The position numbers were made by a program, and so were the translations under genes. From Candidatus Moranbacteria bacterium GW2011_GWE2_35_2- (GTDB taxonomy: Bacteria; Patescibacteriota; Minisyncoccia; Moranbacterales; UBA9337): 64,000 bases of DNA. Every line of letters starts with the position of its first letter. Position 1 is the stretch's first letter. This document shows, one piece after another, positions 48,869 to 58,934 of this stretch. The stretch is taken from the NCBI GenBank assembly GCA_000990585.1, contig LBQD01000002.1, positions 120,016 to 184,015 of the forward strand. Direction: 5' to 3'. The notes beneath the pieces are model-generated. The model was given only the letters and a program-made list of their open reading frames with translations, did no database searches and was not told the DNA's origin.

Positions 48869-49258
48869 ATGACAAACGTAAGTGAGAAAAATCAAATTTT
48901 TAGGTGCAATATTTGCGGAAATATTGTAGAAACGGTTAATGTTGGTGGAGCAGAATTGGTTTGTTGTGGGCAGCCGATGGAATTTTTAGTTGCTAAAACG
49001 GAGGATCAAGGCATGGAAAAGCATATTCCAGTTGTGGAAAAAATTGAAAATGGAATTTTGGTAAAAATTGGTGAAATGGCTCATCCGATGCAGCAACAAC
49101 ATTATATTCAATGGATTGAAATATTGTTGAAAAATGGAGAGTCATGTCGAAAATATCTCAATCATGGAGATGCTCCCGAGGCAATTTTTAAGATTGATGA
49201 AAGTCAGATTGAAGGAGTGAGGGAGTATTGCAATGTCCACGGATTGTGGAAAAAGTGA
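48869..49258 (+). CDS. desulfoferrodoxin (superoxide reductase, 2Fe-SOR)
   Basis: Desulforedoxin CNICGN...CCGQ N-terminus and centre-II ligands EKHIP, HYIQWIE, CNVHGLW. Confidence 0.85.
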   Translation: MTNVSEKNQIFRCNICGNIVETVNVGGAELVCCGQPMEFLVAKTEDQGMEKHIPVVEKIENGILVKIGEMAHPMQQQHYIQWIEILLKNGESCRKYLNHGDAPEAIFKIDESQIEGVREYCNVHGLWKK

Positions 49259-49265
49259 AAAAATT

Positions 49266-49814
49266 TTAGAATAAAATATTTTTTTCGATTTGGAGAATGA
49301 TGTCGAGAATTTTTTTTATTTCTTGTCGGGAAAATTTTCCAAGAACGAATTCATGTGCGCCCAAGCGACATGTTTGAGAATCGGAAGTTTTTTCTCCGAT
49401 TCCGACTCGTATTCTGCGGAATTCTTGTGTTCCGATTTCATCGATGATGCTTTGCACCCCGTTGTGTCCGGCAGAAGATGAATTGATGGAGATTTTTAGA
49501 TTTCCCAGTGCAATGTCTAAATCATCATGAATGACAATTATTTTTTCCGGAGTCATTTTGTAAAAATCTAAAATCTTTTTTACAGATTTTCCGGACAAGT
49601 TCATAAAAGTTTGCGGTTTAGCAAAAATAATCTTTTTGTCATCTTGAAATCCTTCGGAAATTTCAGCATTAAATTTTTTTTCCAACTTGAATTGTGAAAA
49701 AAACCATTTTTTTTGCAGTTGATCTAGCAAAATAAACCCCGTATTATGACGGGTTTTTTCATATTTTTTTCCTGGATTTCCAAGGCCTATTACTAATATA
49801 TTTTCTTTATTCAT
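49266..49814 (-). CDS. pth: peptidyl-tRNA hydrolase
   Basis: VIGLGNPGKKYEKTRHNTGF. Confidence 0.9.
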   Translation of the reverse strand: MNKENILVIGLGNPGKKYEKTRHNTGFILLDQLQKKWFFSQFKLEKKFNAEISEGFQDDKKIIFAKPQTFMNLSGKSVKKILDFYKMTPEKIIVIHDDLDIALGNLKISINSSSAGHNGVQSIIDEIGTQEFRRIRVGIGEKTSDSQTCRLGAHEFVLGKFSRQEIKKILDIILQIEKNILF

Positions 49815-51405
49815 ATTTTATTTGATTAAAATCCATTTGCTCCATATCTGTATTTTGCATATCTTCAAAGGAATCTTCTTCGAAAGAATAAAGAGGGATT
49901 AAGTCAGTTCCTAACATTAAGAGAAAATCGTAATTTTCAATTTTCTCATCTTTTATTATAGCATTTTTATTGTCAGTTATGATAGCCGGAAGTTTTCCTG
50001 CAATTTCATCAAGACTAAATGGTTTTAATCTTTCAGTATTATCAAAAATTAGAGTGGAGGAAAGTTTTTGATTTGTGGAGTTTTTGATAATGGAAATTTT
50101 ATCAAAAGATAATTTGTCTTGCAATAGGCCGACTATTTTATTGGTTAACTCTGAGTCATCAGTAGTATTAATTATGGCTAGGGTCGTTTTTTCTTTTTCG
50201 ATTTCTTCTTTTTTTCTCGCAATGAAATTCAAATCGAAAATATTGTGTGCCAATTCTTGTATTTCGCTATAATTTCCAACTCGCGGGACTAAGATAAATG
50301 CTCGGATATTTCCAATAAATATGTGGGAAACTTTCAATAGACTTTCTTTTTTCCATGCATCTATAACTGCAGTGGAAATATTTTGAGTATCTAATCGTCG
50401 ACTAAGAGAGATAAAGCTTCTTATTTCATCTATGCGAATATCAGTTTTTATGTGTTCTCCTAATGTGTTGAGAAGATTGTTTAGTGCAATGAAATTGAAA
50501 AGTGTTTTTAGGGAAAAAACTTTATTTTTGGCGGCTTGAATAACCTGTTGTTGGCGTTTGGCGCGTCCAAAATCTCCTTCGGGATCATTGTGCCGTTGTC
50601 GGGCATATTTGAGTGCGGTAGAACCATCCATTTTATGAAGACCTTTTTTTATTTCAAATGTTTCATAGCTGTAGTTTGGACCGGGATAACGTGAATCATA
50701 AATATCTCTTTCAACATTAACATTAATTCCTCCGAGATTATCAATTATTTTTTCAAAACCTTCGAAATCAATAACCATAAAATAATGAATATCCAGTCCG
50801 GTAATATTATTAACAGCTTCTTTTATGGGAGTTATTCCTTGATTTTCGTCCAGTCCGTATTGGTAGATAGAATTTATCTTAGTATAATTTTTTGTTTCCG
50901 GAATGTTGGTATATAGATCACGCGGCAGAGAGAGCATTCCAATTTTTTTAGTAACGGTATTAATACTCATTATTATTATGGTATCAGTCAGATTTTTCCC
51001 CGGCTTGTTTTCTCCTGCAATTCCCAACATTAATATGTTTATTCTCCCATCCTTTTCTCCCCTTAGTTCTGTTTCAGTCGTGATTGAGCCGGAAAGATCT
51101 GAGGAATAATTTTCTTTATTCTTATCCGAATTTAATATTATTTTTTCTCCCACATAATTTATTTTCCATAAAAAATAAGAAAACAATGAGATGATTAAGA
51201 GGATAAGAAAGAAAGTAAAAAGTAAAAACTTTCTCCTGAAACCCGAATTTTTTTTTGTGTCAAAATCATTGTTGTAGTTATGCAATTGAATCTTCCGAGG
51301 GGAAGGAATATTAGAATAGTAAAAAACATCATCGCGTATTTTTTCAATAGCATCAATGCTTCCGGATGTTTTTTTGCGGATGTTTTTTTTTCTGATTATG
51401 TCCAT
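49807..51405 (-). CDS. LytR-CpsA-Psr (LCP) family cell-envelope phosphotransferase
   Basis: TM anchor followed by the LCP core INILMLGIAG...TDTIIIMSIN...LSLPRDL. Confidence 0.8.
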   Translation of the reverse strand: MDIIRKKNIRKKTSGSIDAIEKIRDDVFYYSNIPSPRKIQLHNYNNDFDTKKNSGFRRKFLLFTFFLILLIISLFSYFLWKINYVGEKIILNSDKNKENYSSDLSGSITTETELRGEKDGRINILMLGIAGENKPGKNLTDTIIIMSINTVTKKIGMLSLPRDLYTNIPETKNYTKINSIYQYGLDENQGITPIKEAVNNITGLDIHYFMVIDFEGFEKIIDNLGGINVNVERDIYDSRYPGPNYSYETFEIKKGLHKMDGSTALKYARQRHNDPEGDFGRAKRQQQVIQAAKNKVFSLKTLFNFIALNNLLNTLGEHIKTDIRIDEIRSFISLSRRLDTQNISTAVIDAWKKESLLKVSHIFIGNIRAFILVPRVGNYSEIQELAHNIFDLNFIARKKEEIEKEKTTLAIINTTDDSELTNKIVGLLQDKLSFDKISIIKNSTNQKLSSTLIFDNTERLKPFSLDEIAGKLPAIITDNKNAIIKDEKIENYDFLLMLGTDLIPLYSFEEDSFEDMQNTDMEQMDFNQIKYE

Positions 51406-51673
51406 AAATTGTACGTTTATCCTAATGGTAGCTCAATTATTGATTTGATGTCAAAAAATAAAATTTATTAATGGTTTTTTATTATAAATCATTAGTTGAA
51501 CATTTGTATGAAAATGCAAGCCACATCATCATTATGCGTGAATTTTTTGGGATTTTTTAGAAAATATTGACTTTTGTTTAAAAAGGGTGTATAATAGTAA
51601 TGTTAAGTGGTAATATTTTGAAAAATTAAGCTAATATTCCAATAATTTAATTCAATAATCAGAGGGTAAAAAA

Positions 51674-51823
51674 ATGGAAACAAAAAATATTAAAAAATGC
51701 GTTCATTGCGAAAATAGAGCAAAAGAAGACAGCGGGCAGGAGGAAATTAATTTTGCCGTTTTATTGGCGTTGGTTCCTCTTATGACATTGACACTTTTCA
51801 GTCAACTCAATTTGCTTTAATAA
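51674..51823 (+). CDS. unannotated small protein (49 aa; CxxC N-terminus plus C-terminal TM helix)
   Basis: Promoter TTGACT-17-TATAAT at 51570-51598, RBS GAGGG, and a strong terminator AAATCCGCCTTCT..AGAAGGCGGATTT at 51852-51890. It falls below the ORF-track cutoff. Confidence 0.45.
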
Positions 51824-51956
51824 AATTGAATCAGTAGAGATATTCCTTTTAAATCCGCCTTCTTTCCAGAAGGCGGATTTGATTTTTCCAAAAAAAGGAA
51901 AAAATGTGTTATTATATATAAGATAAATGCAGATTATAAAAAACAAAAAATAAATT

Positions 51957-52865
51957 ATGAATTGGATATTTTTTTCCGTAGCGGCATATTTTCTTTTGGC
52001 TGTTTCTTTTGTTATTGATAAGGTTTTATTAAAACAAAGAATTCCCCATCCGGCGGTTTATGCATTTTATGTGGCACTTTTGAGCTTGCTGGCGTTGTTG
52101 CTGGCTCCATGGGGAATGCATTGGTTGGGGGGCGGGTTGCTCGCGATTTCTTTTTTAGGCGGAATTTTTTTTGTTTATGCATTACTCTTTTTTTACCAAG
52201 CGGTGAAGGAAAATGAAATTTCTCGAGTAGCTCCTTTGATCGGATCTATTACTCCGGTAGCAACTTTGCTGGTGGGATTATTATTTGATCAAAGATTTTC
52301 CACTTTTACTTTTACAGGAATAGGGTTGCTGGTGGCAGGAGGCTTTTTTATTTCTTTTGATTTGCCAATTAGATCGCTCAAAATTTTCCGAGGATTTTTA
52401 AGTTCAATTACTAGCGGAATTTTTTTCGCGCTCGCATATCTTGCATTTGAATATGTATATAGAATCGAAGGATTTTTGAATGGATTTATATGGACAAGGT
52501 TAGGACTTTTTGTCGGTGCGTTAAGTTTGTTATTTGTTCCTGTTTTTAGAAAAAATATCATAAATTCTTTTAAGGGAGCCAAGAAGAAAAAAAGAAAAAA
52601 TATCTCAACCGTTTTTGTTTTTGTTCTTAATAAAATTTTTGGAGGAGGTTCTTCTGTTTTGATAAACTTTGCGATTTCCATTAGTAGCGCTTCAGTGGTT
52701 AATGCGCTTGGAAGTGTGCAATTTGTTTTTGTTTTAGGTTTAGCGGCTTTGGCATCTTTAAAATATAGCCATATTTTTGAAGAAAAATTGTATTTTTGGG
52801 ATTGGGCGCAGAAAATTGCGGCAATCGGAATAATTGCCATAGGTATGTTTCTTGTTTCATTTTGA
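51957..52865 (+). CDS. EamA/DMT-superfamily-like transporter
   Basis: ~10 TM helices in two halves. Confidence 0.5.
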   Translation: MNWIFFSVAAYFLLAVSFVIDKVLLKQRIPHPAVYAFYVALLSLLALLLAPWGMHWLGGGLLAISFLGGIFFVYALLFFYQAVKENEISRVAPLIGSITPVATLLVGLLFDQRFSTFTFTGIGLLVAGGFFISFDLPIRSLKIFRGFLSSITSGIFFALAYLAFEYVYRIEGFLNGFIWTRLGLFVGALSLLFVPVFRKNIINSFKGAKKKKRKNISTVFVFVLNKIFGGGSSVLINFAISISSASVVNALGSVQFVFVLGLAALASLKYSHIFEEKLYFWDWAQKIAAIGIIAIGMFLVSF

Positions 52866-52922
52866 TTTATTCAAGTTTTTTATTTAAAAAAAAGAGTTGT
52901 AATTAAGGATATTTATTGAAAT

Positions 52923-53954
52923 ATGTTTGAAAAAATGATAAAATTTTTTGCAGTTTTTGTGCTTGGTTTTCTTTGGTTGGCTGTTTTATTGTTGGCGTAT
53001 TTTAATTTTCCCGTAAAAAAAACAAATAACCCGATTGAACTGGGAATTACCTTTTCTAGTCGGTATTCGCAGGATATCGGATTGAATTGGAAAGAAAATT
53101 ACGTGGCATTATTGGATGATTTAAGAGTTAAAAAAATTCGCATTCCAATATATTGGGATTTGGTGGAAAAAGAAAAGGATGTGTATGATTTTTCTGATAT
53201 CGATTGGCAGCTTGATGAAGCGGAAAAAAGAAATGCGGAGATAATTCTGGTTGTCGGACAAAAAGTTCCTCGTTGGCCGGAATGTTTTATTCCAAAGTGG
53301 ATAGGTGTTAATAATGAAGAATTGAGAAAAAATGAGTTATTAAAGAATGAAGAAATATTGCAGTTTATAAAAGATGCGGTAGTACGGTACAAGGAGCATC
53401 CCGCGATCAAGTATTGGCAAGTGGAGAATGAACCGTTTTTAGCTTTTGGTGATTGTCCGACTCCGACAATTAACGCGAATATTCTTGATCGGGAAATTGA
53501 AATAATCAGACGTCTTGATCCTGATAAAAAAATAATCATTACTGACAGCGGTGAGTTGAGTACTTGGATGTCGGCGGCCGCGAGGGCGGATATTTTTGGG
53601 ACTACAATGTATCGAAATATATATAGGCAAGGTTGGGGATATTATGTTTATCCTTTAGGACCAAGGTTTTTTCAATTTAAACGCTGGATAATTGATAGGT
53701 TTGTCGGACAAAAAAATGCAATAGTTATAGAACTTCAAGGTGAGCCGTGGGTTTCAGGATGGACGGTACACCGTAGTTTGGAGGAGCAATTTGCATCAAT
53801 GAATGAAAGAAAACTGCGTCAGATCGTTGAATATGCTGGAGATGGAGGATTTTCCGAAGTATATCTTTGGGGAGCGGAGTGGTGGTATTGGCTCAAGGAA
53901 AAGCAAGATCATCCGGAAGTCTGGGAGGAAGCGCGAAGTTTGATTAATATGTAG
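52923..53954 (+). CDS. glycoside hydrolase, clan GH-A (GH5-like TIM barrel), membrane-anchored
   Basis: WQVENEP catalytic acid/base motif with an N-terminal TM helix. Confidence 0.65.
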   Translation: MFEKMIKFFAVFVLGFLWLAVLLLAYFNFPVKKTNNPIELGITFSSRYSQDIGLNWKENYVALLDDLRVKKIRIPIYWDLVEKEKDVYDFSDIDWQLDEAEKRNAEIILVVGQKVPRWPECFIPKWIGVNNEELRKNELLKNEEILQFIKDAVVRYKEHPAIKYWQVENEPFLAFGDCPTPTINANILDREIEIIRRLDPDKKIIITDSGELSTWMSAAARADIFGTTMYRNIYRQGWGYYVYPLGPRFFQFKRWIIDRFVGQKNAIVIELQGEPWVSGWTVHRSLEEQFASMNERKLRQIVEYAGDGGFSEVYLWGAEWWYWLKEKQDHPEVWEEARSLINM

Positions 53955-53979
53955 CTAAAGTATAGAGTATTGTGTTTAT

Positions 53980-55137
53980 GTGTTTTGCAAAATTATGCCA
54001 ACAAGAAAAATCAAAAAACATCATATAAGCCTAACTATGGCACTGGTAGTTTTCTTTTTTGGAGTAGCCGGAAGTTTTTTGAGCGTGCAGGCGTATCCGG
54101 AAATTTTTACAACGACGGCTTCTTTGGAAAGATCGGGAGATTTGCGTCAAGACGAGGAAGTTATTGTTCATTTTTCCGATTCGATGATCGCCGGAAAAAT
54201 GAATGAAAAAATTAGAATAATTCCTAGTGTCGAAGCAGATTTTATTTGGAGCGGTGCTGGAAAAAAACTTACTATAAAACCTCGGTCTGTTTGGGATGCC
54301 GGAAAAAACTATCAAATAACCATCAATGGCGGTGAAAATATAATGATGGTAAAAAATGATTTTAATTTTAATTTTGACGTAATTGGGTATCCGGTGTTGG
54401 AGAGTTTTTATCCGGCAGATAAGCAAAAAGAGGTTATTGTTGATATTGAGGATCCTATTCTGGCGGTTTTTGACAGAACATTAGTTGATTATCAGATTAA
54501 ATTTGAAATAAATCCTCCTGAAGCGATTTCTTATGACATAGACTCTTCTGAAAAGCGAGTTAAATTAGTATTTAAGGATAATTATAAAAAAGGACAATTA
54601 TACAAAGTAGATGTATATATTAAGCATAAAAATGAAACGAAATTTTCAAAAAAAATTTATGAAACATCCTTTGAGACATTGCCTCCTGTTCCAGCGCAGT
54701 GGAGTGATGATTTGTCTTTGCGCTTAATACAGGCAAAAAAATATGCAGTTGCTCAAATAAAGGAAGGAAAGCTGATTGATATAAATTTAAAAAATCAAGT
54801 GATGACTATTTTTGAAAACGGGATTTTCGTAGATGCTTTTTTGATTTCATCCGGAAAAAAAGGGATGGATACACCAGAAGGATCATATCAAATTCGCAAT
54901 AAACATCCTCGTCCGTGGTCGAAAACATATGGATTATATATGCCATATTGGATGGCAATTGTTCCGAGTGGAAAATTTGGAATTCATGAGCTTCCGGAAT
55001 GGCCAGGAGGATATAAAGAAGGCGCAAACCATCTTGGAATTCCTGTTTCCCATGGTTGTGTGAGATTAGGTGTTGGTTCAGCGGAAAAAGTTTATAATTG
55101 GGCGGAAATTGGTACGCCGGTTATTGTACATAAATGA
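53980..55137 (+). CDS. L,D-transpeptidase (YkuD domain)
   Basis: Catalytic SHGCVRL with upstream His, plus an N-terminal TM helix. Confidence 0.8.
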   Translation: MFCKIMPTRKIKKHHISLTMALVVFFFGVAGSFLSVQAYPEIFTTTASLERSGDLRQDEEVIVHFSDSMIAGKMNEKIRIIPSVEADFIWSGAGKKLTIKPRSVWDAGKNYQITINGGENIMMVKNDFNFNFDVIGYPVLESFYPADKQKEVIVDIEDPILAVFDRTLVDYQIKFEINPPEAISYDIDSSEKRVKLVFKDNYKKGQLYKVDVYIKHKNETKFSKKIYETSFETLPPVPAQWSDDLSLRLIQAKKYAVAQIKEGKLIDINLKNQVMTIFENGIFVDAFLISSGKKGMDTPEGSYQIRNKHPRPWSKTYGLYMPYWMAIVPSGKFGIHELPEWPGGYKEGANHLGIPVSHGCVRLGVGSAEKVYNWAEIGTPVIVHK

Positions 55138-55204
55138 GGATGTGTTAAAATTAAACTAGTTTGATAAATGAAAAAATAAAAATAGAAAGGATGGTGAAAA
55201 TTAA

Positions 55205-55405
55205 ATGAAAAATATGAAATCATTAAAAGAAACAGCTTTTTGGCTTTCTGTTGTGGCGGCTGTTTTAGGAGGAGTCGTTTCTATTTCCGGAATGGATCAA
55301 ATTTTGGGACTAGCCGGAACACAATGGGCGATGGTAGCGATTTTGTTGGCTGTATATGCTGTTTATTTTGAGCATGCTTCTTGTGGAATGGATAATAATG
55401 AATAA
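55205..55405 (+). CDS. small membrane protein (66 aa)
   Basis: Two hydrophobic helices, followed by a terminator at 55443-55480. Confidence 0.45.
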   Translation: MKNMKSLKETAFWLSVVAAVLGGVVSISGMDQILGLAGTQWAMVAILLAVYAVYFEHASCGMDNNE

Positions 55406-55513
55406 GCTCGGCTTATTTCGTTAAAATCTGAAAAAATAAAAACCTTTGCAGTTTTTATTTGTAAAGGTTTTTGTTTTTAAAAAATATTCTGCAAATTATG
55501 ATATAATAAGTTT

Positions 55514-56206
55514 ATGGAAAAAAAGAGAATTGCAATTTTTGATATTGATGGAACGATTTTTCGAAAAAATCTTCATTTTGAATTGATAAATGAATTGGTT
55601 TGGATGAAAGTTTTTCCGCGTGAAGTTCGAGGTGATTTAACTCGTTTATATACGAGCTGGTTGGAACATAAAGGAACATATGAAGATTATCGCGTAGCGT
55701 TGGTGCGGCTTTATGAAAAACATATCGCGGGAAAGAAAAAAAAGGATGTGATTGAGGCGAGCAGAATCGTTGTTCCGTTTCATAAGAATCGAACGTATGT
55801 TTTTGTGGAAAAACTGATTGAAAAATTACGAAAAGATAATTTTTGCATAATTGCTATTTCCGGATCACCGCTTGAGATAGTGGAAGAGTTTAATTTGCAA
55901 CATCTCCGATTCGAAAAAGTTTTCGGGAGCACTTACAAAATTGATAAAAAAGAAATTTATACAGGCGCGGCGGAATTTGAGCCGACGAAAGACAAAGGGC
56001 AAGTTTTGCGACAGTATGTTTTTGAAAATAATCTTACGCTGGAAGGTTCGTTTGGAGTTGGAGATACTGAATCGGATGCTGGATTTTTGGATTTGGTTGA
56101 CAATCCGATTGCCTTTAATCCAAATTATAATTTGAAAAATATTGCCGAGGAAAAAGGGTGGCGAATCGTGGTAGAGAAAAAAGATGTAATTTATGAAATA
56201 CGTTAA
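55514..56206 (+). CDS. HAD-superfamily hydrolase (subfamily IB-like)
   Basis: Motif I IAIFDIDGTIF and a C-terminal GDTESD. Confidence 0.75.
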   Translation: MEKKRIAIFDIDGTIFRKNLHFELINELVWMKVFPREVRGDLTRLYTSWLEHKGTYEDYRVALVRLYEKHIAGKKKKDVIEASRIVVPFHKNRTYVFVEKLIEKLRKDNFCIIAISGSPLEIVEEFNLQHLRFEKVFGSTYKIDKKEIYTGAAEFEPTKDKGQVLRQYVFENNLTLEGSFGVGDTESDAGFLDLVDNPIAFNPNYNLKNIAEEKGWRIVVEKKDVIYEIR

Positions 56207-56334
56207 TTAAACTATTTTTTAAAAAATTAGGACTTACGCTCTTGAAAAATATGCATCCGGTTTTTAGAAAAAACATTTTTTCGTAAAACCTAACGTTTTT
56301 TGTTTGAATGCGCAAGTCTTATAGATAAAAAATT

Positions 56335-56463
56335 ATGGCAACAAATACAAATCAAATTATTGATGATTTTTTAAAAAAGACACTTTGGGTGTGGCTTCCT
56401 TTTGTTGCATTGTATCGTTTAATGAAGGAACTGGTGGAAAAAATAGGAAAATTTTTAAAATAA
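56335..56463 (+). CDS. unannotated small protein (42 aa, one TM helix)
   Basis: ATG at 56335; immediately followed by the bidirectional terminator AAAAAATCCCGTCCCAATTGGGACGGGATTTTT (56462-56496) that is shared with rplT. Confidence 0.35.
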   Translation: MATNTNQIIDDFLKKTLWVWLPFVALYRLMKELVEKIGKFLK

Positions 56464-56509
56464 AAAATCCCGTCCCAATTGGGACGGGATTTTTCTATTA
56501 CGTCAAAGT

Positions 56510-56857
56510 TTATTTTTTCAATTCAACAATGAAATTTTCAAATACTTTCGGATCTTCCATTGCCATTTGGGATAATACTTTTCTATCTAGAATATTTTTT
56601 TTGCTTACTTGAGCTTTGATTAATTCGCTGTATTTCATACCCAGTAGTCTGACGGCATTATTAAGGCGAATAATCCAAAGTCGGCGCATAGTCCTTTTCT
56701 TGGTACGCCTGTCTCGATAGGCGTATTTTCCAGCTTTCATTATAGCTTCTTTGGCGGCGCGAAAATTAGACTTTCTTCTCCAGCGAAAACCTTTTGTCAT
56801 TTTTAAAACATTTTTTCTTCTTTTGGAAGCGGCTACTCCTCTTTTTACTCTAGTCAT
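56510..56857 (-). CDS. rplT: 50S ribosomal protein L20
   Basis: MTRVKRGVAA...RRK... Confidence 0.95.
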   Translation of the reverse strand: MTRVKRGVAASKRRKNVLKMTKGFRWRRKSNFRAAKEAIMKAGKYAYRDRRTKKRTMRRLWIIRLNNAVRLLGMKYSELIKAQVSKKNILDRKVLSQMAMEDPKVFENFIVELKK

Positions 56858-56942
56858 ATATTAGCTTTTAGGGGGTTAGCTTTTTAGCTTTTTAGTTTGT
56901 GGGATTAAGAATATCTACAAACTGCAAGCTACAAGCTATAAT

Positions 56943-57134
56943 CTAATTAATTGCTTTTAAAATATTTTTTTCGTCGGTTTTAAACAGTCTTTGGTCGTTT
57001 CTTTTGTGGCGACGAAATTTTCCTGTTTCTTTGCTGTTTCCGTGGTTCTGTTTAGTATGTCGTTTGATGACTTTCTTGTTTTTGGTTATGCGAACTTTTT
57101 TAATAAGTGATTTGTTGGTTTTTTGTTTGGGCAT
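56943..57134 (-). CDS. rpmI: 50S ribosomal protein L35
   Basis: MPKQKTNKS...; the internal Met start is preferred over the ORF-track start. Confidence 0.85.
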   Translation of the reverse strand: MPKQKTNKSLIKKVRITKNKKVIKRHTKQNHGNSKETGKFRRHKRNDQRLFKTDEKNILKAIN

Positions 57135-57229
57135 ATTTTTTAATAAAACATGGAACATATAATATGGAACATTGATAAAGAATATTATCTTTTCTTTTGT
57201 TACATGTTATATGCTATGTGTTGTGTGAT

Positions 57230-57772
57230 TTATTCTGGCGCGATTATTATATTAAACCCTCCTGGGAATCTTTTTACATCTTCTTCAATTTTGTGCGGAG
57301 TTTCGATGCTATTGGAAAAATCTTTCAAATTTCTTCTGGCTAAATCTTGATGCGCTTTTTCTCTTCCGCGAAGCCTTATTTCAATTTTTATCTTATTTCC
57401 TTTAGAGAGAAATTTTTCTGCTTGTTTTTTCTTGAATTCCAAATCGTGAGTGTCGGTTCTGATTCCAATGCGAATTCCTTTTGTTTCAGTTTTTTTCTGC
57501 GTTGATTGGGATTTGTTCTTTTTGGCTTGTGCGTATTGAAACTTTCCATAATCCATTATCTTGCATACAGGGGGTCGAGTATTAGGAGCCACTTCTACTA
57601 AATCTAATTCTCGTGAGCGAGCTAATTCTATAGCTTCAAAACTCGGCATTTCTCCAAGCTTAACTCCACTTTCATCAATAACAGAAACGCGAGGAATGCG
57701 AATGCGTTCGTTTACTCGGTAGCGCGGTTGTTGAAATTGTTGAGGTTTTCTAGGTTTAAATCTTCTTCGCAT
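57230..57772 (-). CDS. infC: translation initiation factor IF-3
   Basis: IRIPRVSVIDESG...LDLVEVAPNTRPPVCKIMDYGK. Confidence 0.9.
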   Translation of the reverse strand: MRRRFKPRKPQQFQQPRYRVNERIRIPRVSVIDESGVKLGEMPSFEAIELARSRELDLVEVAPNTRPPVCKIMDYGKFQYAQAKKNKSQSTQKKTETKGIRIGIRTDTHDLEFKKKQAEKFLSKGNKIKIEIRLRGREKAHQDLARRNLKDFSNSIETPHKIEEDVKRFPGGFNIIIAPE

Positions 57773-57866
57773 TTTTTAGCTTTTTAGAAATTAGCTTTTT
57801 AGCTTTTTAGCTTATAGATCTGAAAGCCTAAAAAGCCACAGCCTATAATCTAATTGCTAATTTACG

Positions 57867-58262
57867 TGGAGCTGATGGGAATTGAACCCATGTCCAAATT
57901 GAAATTAAAAAATATTCTACAAGTTTAGTTTGTTTATTTAGTACGGATTATTGACTGAAAAACAGACAAAACATCAATAATACGTTCTTGGAATATTTTA
58001 TCGGAAACAATCAAGAATAATTGTGTCCGACTATCTCAATGGTTGGCACCAAGATCTGTTTATTGAGAATCAACAGCTTGATGGCTACCGGCCTGTATTA
58101 GGCAATAGCTGAAGCAAAAGCGAAGTTTCTTGCGAAAGTTGCCTTTACTTTTGATATAAAGTTTGCACTTAGATATCTTTCATAAACATTTTTTCGACTT
58201 GTATTATGAATGGTCGACTTGCGTATTTTTTAAGGTGCAATCTGTCGAAGCTAAGCAGCCCC
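57867..58262 (-). ncRNA. ssrA: tmRNA (ssrA)
   Basis: 5' GGGGCUGCUUAGCUUCGAC... and 3' ...GGACAUGGGUUCAAUUCCCAUCAGCUCCA. The acceptor has the G3-U70 pair. Candidate tag ORF GCA AGA AAC UUC GCU UUU GCU UCA GCU AUU GCC UAA (A)RNFAFASAIA*. Confidence 0.85.
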
Positions 58263-58364
58263 ATTTTTTTGGAATTTTTAATTTCCAATTTTTAATTTTT
58301 AAACAATTTCTAATGAATAAATTTGTTAAACATTAAAATATGATATTTGTTTTAAAACTAAAAA

Positions 58365-58811
58365 CTAAAAACTTTTTAACGCTTTTTGCGCTCTTCTTTT
58401 TGAATCTCTTTTTTTGATGTTTTCCCGTTTATCGAACTTCTTTTTCCCACGAGCCAGAGCGAACTGGAGTTTAATCAGTCTTTTCCTAGTATAGACTTGA
58501 ATTGGCACTAATGTCAAGCCTTCGGTGCGGACTTTTCCGATTAATTTTCTTATTTCTGATTTTTTGACCAGCAGTTTTCGTGCTTGGTCGGGAATGTAGT
58601 TTTTCAATTGTCCAGCAAAGGGATAGGGAGGAATGAAGGCATTAGTCAAAAAAAGCTCTTCTCCTTTAATAGTAACAAAGCTTCCTTTTAGACTAAGATG
58701 TCCGGTTTTGATGGATTTTACCTCTTGACCGCTCAAAATCAAGCCCGCTTCATATTTTTCAATAAGGGTGTAATCAAAGCCAGCTCTTTTATTGTATGCC
58801 AGTGCTTTCAT
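58365..58811 (-). CDS. smpB: SsrA-binding protein
   Basis: SmpB family sequence, directly upstream of ssrA. Confidence 0.9.
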   Translation of the reverse strand: MKALAYNKRAGFDYTLIEKYEAGLILSGQEVKSIKTGHLSLKGSFVTIKGEELFLTNAFIPPYPFAGQLKNYIPDQARKLLVKKSEIRKLIGKVRTEGLTLVPIQVYTRKRLIKLQFALARGKKKFDKRENIKKRDSKRRAQKALKSF

Positions 58812-58934
58812 AAATGCATATTGTGGAGGTTATCCACAGTTTTAATTATAGTAGATTATTGCAATATATTTTAATTATTATATAATTAAAATGTTATGTA
58901 GTCAATTCTTGCGAGTGTTAAAATAAATATAAAA

